NCBI GenBank assembly: GCA_027483355.1
Contig: JAIXUW010000292.1
Coordinates: forward strand, 68,628 to 132,627
Direction of reading: 5' to 3'
DNA: 64,000 nucleotides
Source of the DNA: Alphaproteobacteria bacterium
GTDB lineage: Bacteria > Pseudomonadota > Alphaproteobacteria > Micavibrionales > UBA2020
The notes below the pieces were generated by a model that saw only the letters and a list, made by a program, of their open reading frames with translations, searched no databases and was not told where the DNA came from. Within the stretch, counting starts at the first letter, position 1. The number at the start of each line of letters is the position of its first letter. Below, in pieces: positions 47,002-56,701 of this stretch. The position numbers were made by a program, and so were the translations under genes.

Positions 47002-47991
47002 ATGTCTTTTTATAGAGCCAAACTGCATACACACTCGTTTTTTGAGGCAAAAACCGCTGACTACGATGTCGACCACAAAGATTCTGCACAAGTCGGTGAA
47101 ACAAAATCAATACTGTCGTCGTCGGATCTGTGCAAATTTCTTGCCGGCGTGGTAATCGTATCCACATTGGCAATAAGTATTGCCGCGCTTGTGTTATCCA
47201 TTAACGTGTCCACAAACAAATCTGATGGGTCAAACACGAAAAATAATGCCGTATTGGTTGGAAACGGTCCACCCAATGCGTCGGTGCAACAACAAGGATT
47301 CAATCTCTACTTTGATTATTCTACACTTACTTTGTATGCTTTGTTAAACGTCACGCAAACGCAGGCGTGTCAATATCCGCGATGTCACATGGGAGCCGTT
47401 GTATTGGCGGACAACGCGTTATGGTTTCCCGTTAACAACGCGCCTGTATCAAGCGTGTTTTTGTTAAGATGGGGAGGTCTATCTCCATATCAAAACGGTT
47501 CAGTGTGGTATTTTACAAACCAAACCCAGAGTAACGCGGTATTCGCACGGCAACCTGTGTTGACTTGGGGCACTCTTCCTAATACAACTGTGCAAATTGT
47601 ACCTGGAACAACATCTCGTTCTGACGGTTACATATCGTCTGTGCCTATCAAAACACTGCGATTATACGCAACTTTGCAGTATAGCTCACAGTCGACATCG
47701 GGTCGCATGCTTGCCAATCTGTTACTGAATAACACGGTAGTAAACGGAAATTGGCTAATGGTGGGCAACAACAACAATTTAAGAGCATCGACTACTGTCG
47801 AGTGGTCTAATATACCACCTAATACTCTTATACATTTCAATCTGGGATCCGCAACAACAGCAGGACCGCCCACAAACGCAGGCTGTCTGGCGTTTGTCGA
47901 ACTCGATGATTACCCAAAAAGCCCTATTTTTCAAAAACTGGCATCTGAAGTCGAGTTTTATGATATCGGGTTTAATCATACTGACATATAG
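47002..47991 (+). CDS. Type II (signal-anchor) membrane glycoprotein (329 aa)
   Basis: ATG start, an N-terminal cytosolic stretch of about 55 aa, then a TM segment (FLAGVVIVSTLAISIAALVLSI) and an ectodomain with about 10 NxS/T sequons. Confidence 0.75.
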   Translation: MSFYRAKLHTHSFFEAKTADYDVDHKDSAQVGETKSILSSSDLCKFLAGVVIVSTLAISIAALVLSINVSTNKSDGSNTKNNAVLVGNGPPNASVQQQGFNLYFDYSTLTLYALLNVTQTQACQYPRCHMGAVVLADNALWFPVNNAPVSSVFLLRWGGLSPYQNGSVWYFTNQTQSNAVFARQPVLTWGTLPNTTVQIVPGTTSRSDGYISSVPIKTLRLYATLQYSSQSTSGRMLANLLLNNTVVNGNWLMVGNNNNLRASTTVEWSNIPPNTLIHFNLGSATTAGPPTNAGCLAFVELDDYPKSPIFQKLASEVEFYDIGFNHTDI

Positions 47992-48008
47992 CAACATCAT
48001 ATACATAT

Positions 48009-48014
48009 AATAAA
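48009..48014 (+). terminator. AATAAA hexamer 18 nt after the stop at 47991
   Basis: Read directly (catatAATAAAgaaa). Assigning it as a poly(A) signal is an inference. Confidence 0.4.
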
Positions 48015-48151
48015 GAAATCGTTATTGTTTTTTGGGGTAGTTATATATTAAAATTTGGCTCGTGTAAATAAGCATCATATAGTTTCAGGGGGATGTATGT
48101 TATATTTTCTTTTCGCAGTAGGTGTGTGAAAAAAAAAGAAAAACGCATCCG

Positions 48152-50998
48152 ATGTCTTCGGGCTTTACTCGATTGCTCGAGTTATGCGGCGGTGACGCTA
48201 AAAAAGCCAAAGCGCTCCAATCTCAGATCGTTGCACGATACGTTAGAACAGAAGCCGTGTTTGGAGGAACGCGCTCTATACTAGACGATGGGTATAGTTT
48301 CAATGCACTGGCGGCTCGAGCTTCGGGCAAGGGCGAGCGTTTTAAACGCAAACGCGAAGACGACGACGACGACGACGACAACAATTCCGAGGACGATATG
48401 CAAGTAGACGCGTTTGACGAGGTCGTGGGTATTGAACCGACGCCTGGCAAGCGCGCAAAGCCTGAGTCCCAAAACGGCGACGACATGCAAGTCGATGATT
48501 CGCCCGCAACTGTTGCCGAAAATCCCGCGTTGCAAGGCGAAGAATACGGCATGGTCACTATGGGCGAGAATCAAGACATGAAAATTCCATTGGATATTGT
48601 GAAAAGAGTCATGATGGACGTGACCATGATTGCCGGTGTGAAACGCAAACTTCGCGATCTGGAAACGCAGGAACGTGAGAATTACACTCGCCCCATGTGT
48701 CTTGTCGATTTTAAGAAAGATATCACTATGCATGACGAGTATGAAAAGGAAATTCTACTGCTCTGCATGTGTTTTTCGCCACGCCTGCGTATTTTCACAC
48801 TTGTGAGCTATTTGACCGGAAAGACGCGCAAATTCGGACTCGAACCATACATGTTCTCTGCTGAAGACGACTTTGTCGTTGCTTTGGAAAAATCGGCTGT
48901 TTTAAGTGAGTCGATCAACGCCCTGCGCGAGATTCTTGACCAAAGACTCGCTCCTTCTCAACGAAACTTTGCAAAGGACATACTCCAATATCTGGAACAA
49001 GCAACTCGAGTAAAATCGCTGAAAGACGCACTTGATTGGATTGAGCAGGCGAGCCCGTATTTTCTCGACCTTCAACTTTCTTTGCTTGCCGCGTGGAGAG
49101 AGAGATACATTGGCAATTTTTTGCCCATGGCAGTGCGGCAAATTCAAGGAATGAATGCACGATACTTGAATACGTTGAACGCGACGATAACGCAGATAGC
49201 CGAAAAGGCGCATGTGTACATCGAAGGCGGTTATGAAGACTTACTTGAGAATGACGACGTCGACCCATGCAACGAACTCATCGCAAGCGAGTTTTACAAA
49301 CCTCTTCTGATTAGAAGACATCCTAATGGGTTCTTTGCGGCGCCTTTGTTCGACCTAGCGATTTTGCGCAAAATTGCACCACCCCCGGGCCACGAACTGG
49401 ACACTATTTTGAACAATAGCGCCATTGCAAAACTATGGGCTGACTATCGATCAGGAGCCCTTACTGCCGAAAATGGCATCCCTTTGCTCAGAACCGAACT
49501 TAGGCGGGTAAAAGACGCCTTTGACGATTCATATAAACGAGATACAATGCCTGAAGCCATCGTTGAGCAAACTCTGCAATCCCTTGAGACGTTCAAGGCG
49601 GCCTACCCACCTCGTGTTTGGAACTCAAGACGAGACGAGTGTATTCTCAGTACACTTAAACTATTTTTGATTGACGAATGCGAGCGCGGAAATCAGGCAT
49701 TTACATTGCGCCGGTGGCTGCTGGGTTCTAAAAACTTCCGTATTGGATCGACGGCTCCGGCAATGGACGCTCTAGTCAAATTCCACACACACGAGTATAT
49801 AATCACTCGGCTCAGTTTGATAGAAGTGCTATCTAAAATAGCAAATGACGCCGCGCAAAGAGTGGGAATGCCGAATCACAATATCGAGTTGGAGAGCAAC
49901 TTTGCCTCTAGCATTGTAATGTGTTACTCTAACACCAGCATTTTACTCAAGCAATTTAGAGAGTATGATTCGAAAATGCCCTTTGTGCTAGCAGATTGCA
50001 CTTGGTTTGCTGAAAACGATATTGCCATTGCAAGTCTCAGATATATAGACTTTGAGTGGAGGCGTCGCACTAAGAACAGGGTGCCGCCTGGTCTCCTAGA
50101 TGCTTTCTCGATATTGTTTGCCCAACACATTACGGATACGCCTCGAGAATTTGATCAAAACATGCGAAGGCCTTTTCGTATATTTCTAAGCAGCTTTTGG
50201 GCTTATTATTCTGTATACGTTTCAAGAGAGCCGTGGGTGGCTCAAAGACCTGATGTAACAAACCTCCTCGCTATGCTGCCAGATCTGGGTCATGCCATGC
50301 TCGATGCTACATGTAAGCGGCATAAAAAGCAAAAGACTGCCACTGACGTAATGACACTGGCCATCATTGGAAAACTACTGTTCACAAAACGTGTCCCTTT
50401 GGACACCAGGCAACTTCGCTTGCGTGATTTCTGTGTGTACTTGGCATCGTACTGGCAGAGAGAAAGCGTGCCGGTGATCAACTTTGCCAAACTCATGCGT
50501 GAATTTGACTTGCAGCAAACGACGGCGGACTCTGCAGAAGTGCACGGGCTTGCAATGCGTGCCAAACAGGAATTTTCTCTGGCCAAGTTAGAGAACGCTG
50601 GAAATGTAGAAGAAGTCTTGCGGCACAAGAATGCTGGCTTGATCGTGCTTCGGGACTTGTTTACTCACCCAAAGTATTGGTCTGTCTACGGCGGCGATAA
50701 ACTTTCAAGCGATGTCCAGTTAGTACGGCAGATGGTTCTTGCCTCGTTCGATGTGTATACAGTATCTGCCGACTACACGTCCTTATGGAATGAATTTCAA
50801 GACATCACCAGCCAATCCAGAGAAGAAAGACGTTTACTGAACATGTTTCTGACTGGCGAGATTTCTTGCTACGGATACATCACGGGCGAATTGACACCGT
50901 TCGACACTGAGGCAGCAGAAGTGCAGAAATATGCCATGATGTCGGTTGACCAATATCGTGAATCGGAAGAGTATCAGTATTGGAAGGACGTGATTTAA
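48152..50998 (+). CDS. Large hypothetical protein (948 aa) with an acidic N-terminal region
   Basis: First ATG at 48152 (MSSGFTRLLELCGG); the track start is GTG. It contains KRKREDDDDDDDNNSEDDMQVD and PGKRAKPE. The rest is predicted helical and I do not recognise it. Confidence 0.85.
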   Translation: MSSGFTRLLELCGGDAKKAKALQSQIVARYVRTEAVFGGTRSILDDGYSFNALAARASGKGERFKRKREDDDDDDDNNSEDDMQVDAFDEVVGIEPTPGKRAKPESQNGDDMQVDDSPATVAENPALQGEEYGMVTMGENQDMKIPLDIVKRVMMDVTMIAGVKRKLRDLETQERENYTRPMCLVDFKKDITMHDEYEKEILLLCMCFSPRLRIFTLVSYLTGKTRKFGLEPYMFSAEDDFVVALEKSAVLSESINALREILDQRLAPSQRNFAKDILQYLEQATRVKSLKDALDWIEQASPYFLDLQLSLLAAWRERYIGNFLPMAVRQIQGMNARYLNTLNATITQIAEKAHVYIEGGYEDLLENDDVDPCNELIASEFYKPLLIRRHPNGFFAAPLFDLAILRKIAPPPGHELDTILNNSAIAKLWADYRSGALTAENGIPLLRTELRRVKDAFDDSYKRDTMPEAIVEQTLQSLETFKAAYPPRVWNSRRDECILSTLKLFLIDECERGNQAFTLRRWLLGSKNFRIGSTAPAMDALVKFHTHEYIITRLSLIEVLSKIANDAAQRVGMPNHNIELESNFASSIVMCYSNTSILLKQFREYDSKMPFVLADCTWFAENDIAIASLRYIDFEWRRRTKNRVPPGLLDAFSILFAQHITDTPREFDQNMRRPFRIFLSSFWAYYSVYVSREPWVAQRPDVTNLLAMLPDLGHAMLDATCKRHKKQKTATDVMTLAIIGKLLFTKRVPLDTRQLRLRDFCVYLASYWQRESVPVINFAKLMREFDLQQTTADSAEVHGLAMRAKQEFSLAKLENAGNVEEVLRHKNAGLIVLRDLFTHPKYWSVYGGDKLSSDVQLVRQMVLASFDVYTVSADYTSLWNEFQDITSQSREERRLLNMFLTGEISCYGYITGELTPFDTEAAEVQKYAMMSVDQYRESEEYQYWKDVI

Positions 50999-51106
50999 CT
51001 TCGCCTTCAGGCGATGCATACGTGGCACGCTAAAAACGCCAACTAGTTTTTTCTTTGTGTGCATGTAAAAAACCCGCGCCAGTATTTGTTATTGTACACA
51101 CACCTT

Positions 51107-51643
51107 TTACGTAAAATATATACAAACTATGCAAACAGAACACAGTAGGCCGCATATGTCGCTCGACTTGTCCCCTATTTCATACACCGGATCCGGGTTT
51201 TGTAGAAAGTCATATTGTAAAAATAAGAAGCCAACTTCTATAAGATTTCCAACGCTCGGCAAATACTTGACGAAGCCCAAGCAAATCCAGCGGTAGATAG
51301 CAGCGCTTGGAATAATCAAAAAGCACGCAAATTCCAACAATGTGAATATATCAAACAAGTTTTGAAACATTTTTTTGGCCAAACTTGCGTCTGGATCGTC
51401 AGATTTGCCGCGCAGACTTTCGTAGGTTTGTATGAATTTATACTTGCTCCATTGATCAATTCTGTGTGCTAAATACACAATCAAGATTATCTGTACAGCT
51501 ATAGTCACGATTGCTGTAGCAAGCGCAAACTTGCGGTAGCTTTCAGAGCGGCTCCAAGGCAGCCACACTCCGTTTTCAATGTCCACGCCGTGTACAATAC
51601 GCGCTTCTTGAACGAGAACATTGATTCTTTGTGAATGAGGCAT
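51107..51643 (-). CDS. Small multi-pass membrane protein (178 aa)
   Basis: First ATG at 51643 (MPHSQRINVL); the track start is TTG. It has hydrophobic segments (FALATAIVTIAVQIILIVYLA, LLEFACFLIIPSAAIY) and ends in a Cys-rich hydrophobic tail. Confidence 0.6.
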   Translation of the reverse strand: MPHSQRINVLVQEARIVHGVDIENGVWLPWSRSESYRKFALATAIVTIAVQIILIVYLAHRIDQWSKYKFIQTYESLRGKSDDPDASLAKKMFQNLFDIFTLLEFACFLIIPSAAIYRWICLGFVKYLPSVGNLIEVGFLFLQYDFLQNPDPVYEIGDKSSDICGLLCSVCIVCIYFT

Positions 51644-52032
51644 TTTCACACACGTTTTGAATTTCAAACAAAAGAATGGTGCACCCGGTGCTGAGCCCAC
51701 AAAAAAAGTCGCCGACCAGCCTGCGCTGTTCAAAAGTGCGCGGGTGCCACTGGGAAATTGGTTGTGGTTGGGCGGGGAAGAAGCCGCGAAGATGGTTTGT
51801 TAATCTTAGAAGTGAATCAAGGTTGGTCTCTCCCCTTGCGAAATATAGATTAAATTCGTAAAGATGGGCTGTAAGAAAGAGCGCTATGGTGCGGTGTCGA
51901 CAGGTGTTGTTCTATCTAATTATCGTATCGCGGTACATGCGCCCAGGCCTAGATCGCCGACCGCCACAACCTTTTTTACGCACTCACTCACTCGCTCACT
52001 CACGCACTCACTCAGAAGCATTTGACTTTTTT

Positions 52033-52038
52033 TTTATT
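52033..52038 (-). terminator. AATAAA hexamer about 30 nt after the stop of the 52069..53397 gene
   Basis: The minus strand reads ATTACAATAAAAAAAAAGTC. This is an inference. Confidence 0.4.
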
Positions 52039-52068
52039 GTAATATGTACACGCGTGAAAAGTGTCAAA

Positions 52069-53397
52069 TCACCAATCCTCTTCCGGTACTAGTTCATGCG
52101 CCGGAGCCACTTGCCTTATAAAATCCTCGTCCAACCACTCGAGCTTGAATGACTTGTGACATAGCGTATATTCTCCATTCTCTGCTAGTGTGGGAGCGTG
52201 TCGAAACACGATTTTTGTCTTTTGAGCCCACAGAGGCCCCGAAAAAGTACCGTCTTCCGCTCTCTTGACTCCGGCTGAAACTTGGCAGTACTGTCCTTTT
52301 GCATCCGTCGTACTAATCGAAAATTGTGTCGGGTTGCCAATACCACATGTGATATCAAATCGCGCGCCGATGTGTCCGGCTGGAACGTTCCACGTATCGC
52401 ATGTATTCTGGCCCGAAAATGCCCATTGTCGATTATCCGTGTATTTTTTCTTTTTCTCTGTCTTTTCAAAGACGAATTTGGACGGAACGGGCGCGAAATG
52501 AACAAGTTGTCGCAGATAATCAAACTTCCATTCGGCCTCGATGTCTTCTAACGTCCCATCGTCCAATATAGTTTTGTACAACGGCTTCCACAAACCCATG
52601 TCGGAATCTCCATTTGGTTGCATAGCAACGGCAAGGAAGAGCCACGTAAGTGCGTTGCGATGTCGCGCCGCAGAGTCGGTTTTGATATTGTCGTCCGTCA
52701 AACAGCTCCACTGGTTATAATTCCAAAACACGGTTTGAAGGTCTTCCCAGACACATTCATAGATCTTCTCGGTGTCGGGTCCTGACATTATCACTCGGAA
52801 TTGCTCTATATCTTCCTCCGATTCAGGGTCCATAAACCGAAAAACCCGCGACATGCTCCACCGATTAGGCTTCACTTTCATGGCAGTTTTGACCAAATTG
52901 CTAATGTCCATACCCAAGAGGTAGAGAAACAGTTCACCGGATGGTCTGTCGACGCAGTCATATTCTCCAAATATTGCGTCGCTTGTTTGCCAAAATTCCT
53001 TTTTTTCGGAAACAGTGAGAGGGTTCACGTTCTCGTAGATACGCTCGAGGACGGTGATCCACGATTCCAAAGTCCATCCGGCCTTTCTGTAATCGAAATA
53101 TACGGCGGAATTGTCGTTTGACGACCACGCGCCTTGTAAGCGCGATTTAAACACGGGTAGAATGCTCAATATCAGGGCGTGTGCCGGCACCAAAACAGAG
53201 TCGGCGTCTTCGTTCTCGATTCTTACGGCGTCCGCCTCCGAATCGTCTCGCTCGTACACGATAATGTAGACGTCGGTTCTAAACGTCTTCCAAGGCACGT
53301 TTTTTGCGATTCGTGTAACCGCGGGCACGTTGGGTTTGTGCCGCTTTGCCGCTGGCGGTTCTAACTCGGCATCTTGCGCGACAACGAGCTGCGCCAT
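52069..53397 (-). CDS. BTB/POZ-like protein, paralogue 1 (442 aa)
   Basis: ATG start. NLS-like AAKRHK, then DVYIIV...VLVPAHALILSILPVFKSRLQGAW...WITVLERIY, which fits the BTB pattern (D-V-x-hydrophobic..aH..vL...S.yF). It is collinear with the two genes upstream. Confidence 0.8.
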   Translation of the reverse strand: MAQLVVAQDAELEPPAAKRHKPNVPAVTRIAKNVPWKTFRTDVYIIVYERDDSEADAVRIENEDADSVLVPAHALILSILPVFKSRLQGAWSSNDNSAVYFDYRKAGWTLESWITVLERIYENVNPLTVSEKKEFWQTSDAIFGEYDCVDRPSGELFLYLLGMDISNLVKTAMKVKPNRWSMSRVFRFMDPESEEDIEQFRVIMSGPDTEKIYECVWEDLQTVFWNYNQWSCLTDDNIKTDSAARHRNALTWLFLAVAMQPNGDSDMGLWKPLYKTILDDGTLEDIEAEWKFDYLRQLVHFAPVPSKFVFEKTEKKKKYTDNRQWAFSGQNTCDTWNVPAGHIGARFDITCGIGNPTQFSISTTDAKGQYCQVSAGVKRAEDGTFSGPLWAQKTKIVFRHAPTLAENGEYTLCHKSFKLEWLDEDFIRQVAPAHELVPEEDW

Positions 53398-53540
53398 GCT
53401 CCGCTTGTGACTATATTAATTCTATTCCAAAGCGCGATTGTTGCTTCAAAGCGCCGGTGCTCTGGTCTACGAATAGGAAAAATGAGAAGGGGAAAGTGCG
53501 GGCGTGCAGGGGATGTATCACGAAAAGACACCAAAATCCA

Positions 53541-53546
53541 TTTATT
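53541..53546 (-). terminator. AATAAA hexamer overlapping the TAA stop of the 53542..54789 gene
   Basis: The minus strand reads GTTGAATAAATGG. This is an inference. Confidence 0.35.
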
Positions 53547-54789
53547 CAACCCACTTTAAACGCAACGAATGACACACGATGATAAAATGAGGCATTCCAC
53601 TGCGATATACCCGTAGCGGTTCACGAACACAAGGTTCCAGCATCTGACTCCATAAAGGAGCTTTTTTTACGCCAGACTCGGTTTCTTTCTCGTCAACGGT
53701 CCACTTAATTCCACCCGAGTAGAAATCGTAAGCACCTGCCTGAGTAATGCGCGAGACGCCGAGAATGTTCTCTTTAAACGCAAACTCTCTCTTTTTCAGG
53801 CCTCTTCCGGCAAGGGCCAAAATAGAATGCGAAGTCTGGTCTTTCAATAAAAGAAAGTCGCGCCCTGCGACTGAATACGAAGACTTATCCTCGTTGCCCG
53901 ATAGATGCTGAAAACACGGCAGAAACAGCGCTAGCAACGCGTAATATTCCACATTGCTCTTCCCGTCGTGTTTGCCATAAAGGCAAGAAAACCCGCCTCT
54001 ATCGCAGCTATTAATAACCGCCTCCGACGTCTCGCAATCCATGTTACTACACGCGACTAGAAGAAAAAGCCATGTAAACACGCGGTACACGTGTTCCAAA
54101 TTCACCACCGGAAGAATATCGTCGCGTGGTGTGCACAGGGGCTCTAGGCAATTCGATATTCCGCCTATCATCATCTTATCAAACTTGTCCACGCGCGTCA
54201 ACATATCCTTGAATGTTAACATGTCTTCTCTTGAATCGTGAGAATAGTTGTTCACAAAGACGGGTATCAAGATGTCTCTAGCGACACACTTGTCCAACTC
54301 GCCGACAAGGGAAGGAAAATCGGTTGCCAGCAGGAACAGGAATAAATCGTGCTCGGATCTAAATGGAACCGAGGACTCGTAAAACGAGATTATAAACCGT
54401 TCTCTGGCCTTAGTTCTATCGACGCCAGCAGACAGTGGATTAAATCGACATGCGCGGCGTATCACGCCCGTCCAAACGGAGGCATCCCATTCGCAATCGG
54501 AGAAATCAAAATGAACATCTCGTGTAGAAATAGCCCAACTTCCGTCGAGCACCGCGGCGCATGTAGGAAAGTGCGCCATGAGCACTGCGTGAACCGGCAA
54601 GCGAATGAGCTCGGGATCGTCTGATGTTTCTTCGCTAATCTTCGTTGGCACGACAATGTAGCAATCGGCCTTGTATGTGACCCAAGGCGCGTTATCTAAC
54701 ACGGGGACGGCGTCAAAGGCGTTTTCAAACCGCTGGCGCTTCGGGGCGCTTTCCGTGACCACCGCATCCGCGCTTGCAACAGTGTCCAT
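53542..54789 (-). CDS. BTB/POZ-like protein, paralogue 2 (415 aa)
   Basis: First ATG at 54789 (MDTVASADAV); the track start is TTG. It contains APKRQRF, then DCYIVV...IRLPVHAVLMAHFPTCAAVLDGSW...WTGVIRRAC. Confidence 0.8.
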   Translation of the reverse strand: MDTVASADAVVTESAPKRQRFENAFDAVPVLDNAPWVTYKADCYIVVPTKISEETSDDPELIRLPVHAVLMAHFPTCAAVLDGSWAISTRDVHFDFSDCEWDASVWTGVIRRACRFNPLSAGVDRTKARERFIISFYESSVPFRSEHDLFLFLLATDFPSLVGELDKCVARDILIPVFVNNYSHDSREDMLTFKDMLTRVDKFDKMMIGGISNCLEPLCTPRDDILPVVNLEHVYRVFTWLFLLVACSNMDCETSEAVINSCDRGGFSCLYGKHDGKSNVEYYALLALFLPCFQHLSGNEDKSSYSVAGRDFLLLKDQTSHSILALAGRGLKKREFAFKENILGVSRITQAGAYDFYSGGIKWTVDEKETESGVKKAPLWSQMLEPCVREPLRVYRSGMPHFIIVCHSLRLKWVE

Positions 54790-54894
54790 TTTTGTGAGAT
54801 TCGTGAGTATACAATGAAATGCGTGCTTTGTATAGCGTGTCAGATACAATAAATTGGGTTAAACCGTGAACCCATGTGCGTTTTTTGGTACTGG

Positions 54895-54912
54895 AAAATT
54901 GCGCGCAATTTT
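54895..54912. repeat. Perfect 18-bp palindrome AAAATTGCGCGCAATTTT in an intergenic gap
   Basis: Read directly. It lies between the start of paralogue 2 and the stop of paralogue 3 and contains GCGCAA on both strands. Confidence 0.8.
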
Positions 54913-55017
54913 GCACACTTACCCAAATTGGACCAATCGACGCTGGCTCACTGGAAATACCACAGCAAAGAAATATACATTAGTACATCAATACATGCCT
55001 AATACACGTTGATGAGA

Positions 55018-56292
55018 TTACACAAACACGAGCGAGTATGAGTTACAATAAACCATGTACTCTGGCATAGCGGAGATTTTCAACCCTCTAGTGTATCTAT
55101 GCTGCACTTTGAACACTTGAAAAATGGGCAAATTTTTGGTAGACCCAAAAGGCCACACCACATTGCTCTCAGTTGTAGGTCTCGCTGATCTTAAGCAACA
55201 GGGGCCTTCAAACACAACGTCTTCCAAAACAAATGTCCAAAATTCGTGAGGTGCGTCGGGGATGACCACGTGAGATGGAGACCCGGCGTAGATGGCACTT
55301 TCGGCCTCCAGCATTTTGTGTTTTAACTCTGCGGCGTTGGAGTCGGATCGGAGAAAATGGGAGCAGCACGGTTTGAAACACCACATTGCCATGTTCAAAT
55401 CCTGCAGTTGCTTTGATTGAAACTTTGAAGCCACTTCCTTGTCAAATCGCTCCATAAATGTCTTGACAGCGCTGTGATCACTGGGCGCCAACCCGCACAA
55501 AATTAGCAACCAGCGGATCAAATTCATCATGGGTGGCAGAATTTCCACATCCTCGGGCCCTGATCCTCCAGAGCCGAATTGTTTCATGTAGTGTTCCGAT
55601 TTTTCCGTGCATGCCAGAACAAAGCACTTCAAGAGATAATACACTTCTTGAGTCGCAACAGCGGCGTCGTATATTCTTTTGAATGACTGCAGCGACTCCA
55701 AGTCCAACGCAGAGTGAGTTTCGACAAAGGCGGAAGCGACAGCGGTCAGGGCCTGAGAACCACCCACCTTGATGCATTTGAGCACCATGCTTGGAATATC
55801 CTCGCCCAAAAGGTACGCAAACAAGGCCATTTCGCAAGGAGGACCGTCGTCATCATCAAACGTCCAATCAAACTGCTGAAAAAGGTCTTCAGCGTCGGTG
55901 AAGAACGGGTTGATTTTGTACACTCGCTGCAGACATGCGATCCAAGTGCTCGTGGAATGCTCGAGACCACTGCAGTCAATGTTATTGTTGTCGTTGTCGT
56001 TTTTAGACGCTCCAGACGCAGAAGCCCAACTTCCAGTAAGGCGGCGTTGAAAAAACGGTAAAATCGCGAGTTGCACACGGTGCACCGGGATCCGCTCCAG
56101 CGTCTTGATTCCTTCTTCCGAAATTGCAGATGGAGCAACGATGAACAAGTCGGACATATAAGTGGACCAAGGAACAAATTCGACCACGGGAAGGGACGCA
56201 AACGCCTCCTCGTCCTGGCGTTTGGCTCGCTTGGCAGCAGAAGCAACCTCGGCGGACGGCGCGGGTGCGTCAGATGTTATAACGGAATCCAT
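55018..56292 (-). CDS. BTB/POZ-like protein, paralogue 3 (424 aa)
   Basis: First ATG at 56292 (MDSVITSDAPAP). It contains AAKRAKRQ, then DLFIVAP...ERIPVHRVQLAILPFFQRRLTGSW...WIACLQRVY. Confidence 0.8.
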   Translation of the reverse strand: MDSVITSDAPAPSAEVASAAKRAKRQDEEAFASLPVVEFVPWSTYMSDLFIVAPSAISEEGIKTLERIPVHRVQLAILPFFQRRLTGSWASASGASKNDNDNNNIDCSGLEHSTSTWIACLQRVYKINPFFTDAEDLFQQFDWTFDDDDGPPCEMALFAYLLGEDIPSMVLKCIKVGGSQALTAVASAFVETHSALDLESLQSFKRIYDAAVATQEVYYLLKCFVLACTEKSEHYMKQFGSGGSGPEDVEILPPMMNLIRWLLILCGLAPSDHSAVKTFMERFDKEVASKFQSKQLQDLNMAMWCFKPCCSHFLRSDSNAAELKHKMLEAESAIYAGSPSHVVIPDAPHEFWTFVLEDVVFEGPCCLRSARPTTESNVVWPFGSTKNLPIFQVFKVQHRYTRGLKISAMPEYMVYCNSYSLVFV

Positions 56293-56701
56293 GATTGAGT
56301 AGATGCTGTTCGAATATGCACTACCAAGAATGAATGGAATTTGTGTACGCGGCCCGAACAGCGCAGCGCGGATTTTTTTTTGCTCGGGGTGGGGAGACAC
56401 AGCGGCGTTTTTATTCTCCGCACACACGCGCGCGAAAAAAACAGTTTGCTTTCACTCCCTCGAGTTTGAATTTGAATTTAGACTGTTACAAGTTTTATAC
56501 AAACAGATTGTGCGTGTGTTTTTATAAATGTTACGATAAAATACGTTTGATTTGGCGTCGGCGCGATTTTTGTGCGCTCGCCGGGCAAAAGAAAAATTTG
56601 TAGCGGCTTTCCTCGCGCTCTTTTCTATTCGGAAAAATTCACACTAGATTCCCTATTCTAATCCCTGTTCATTTCTCAGTATCGTGAGAAAATCTAGCCC
56701 C

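Noticed and set aside
51981-52015. CACTCA-type microsatellite-like tract in the gap before the gene ending at 51643
   Set aside because: It is short, imperfect low-complexity sequence. I could infer no function beyond possible promoter spacing.
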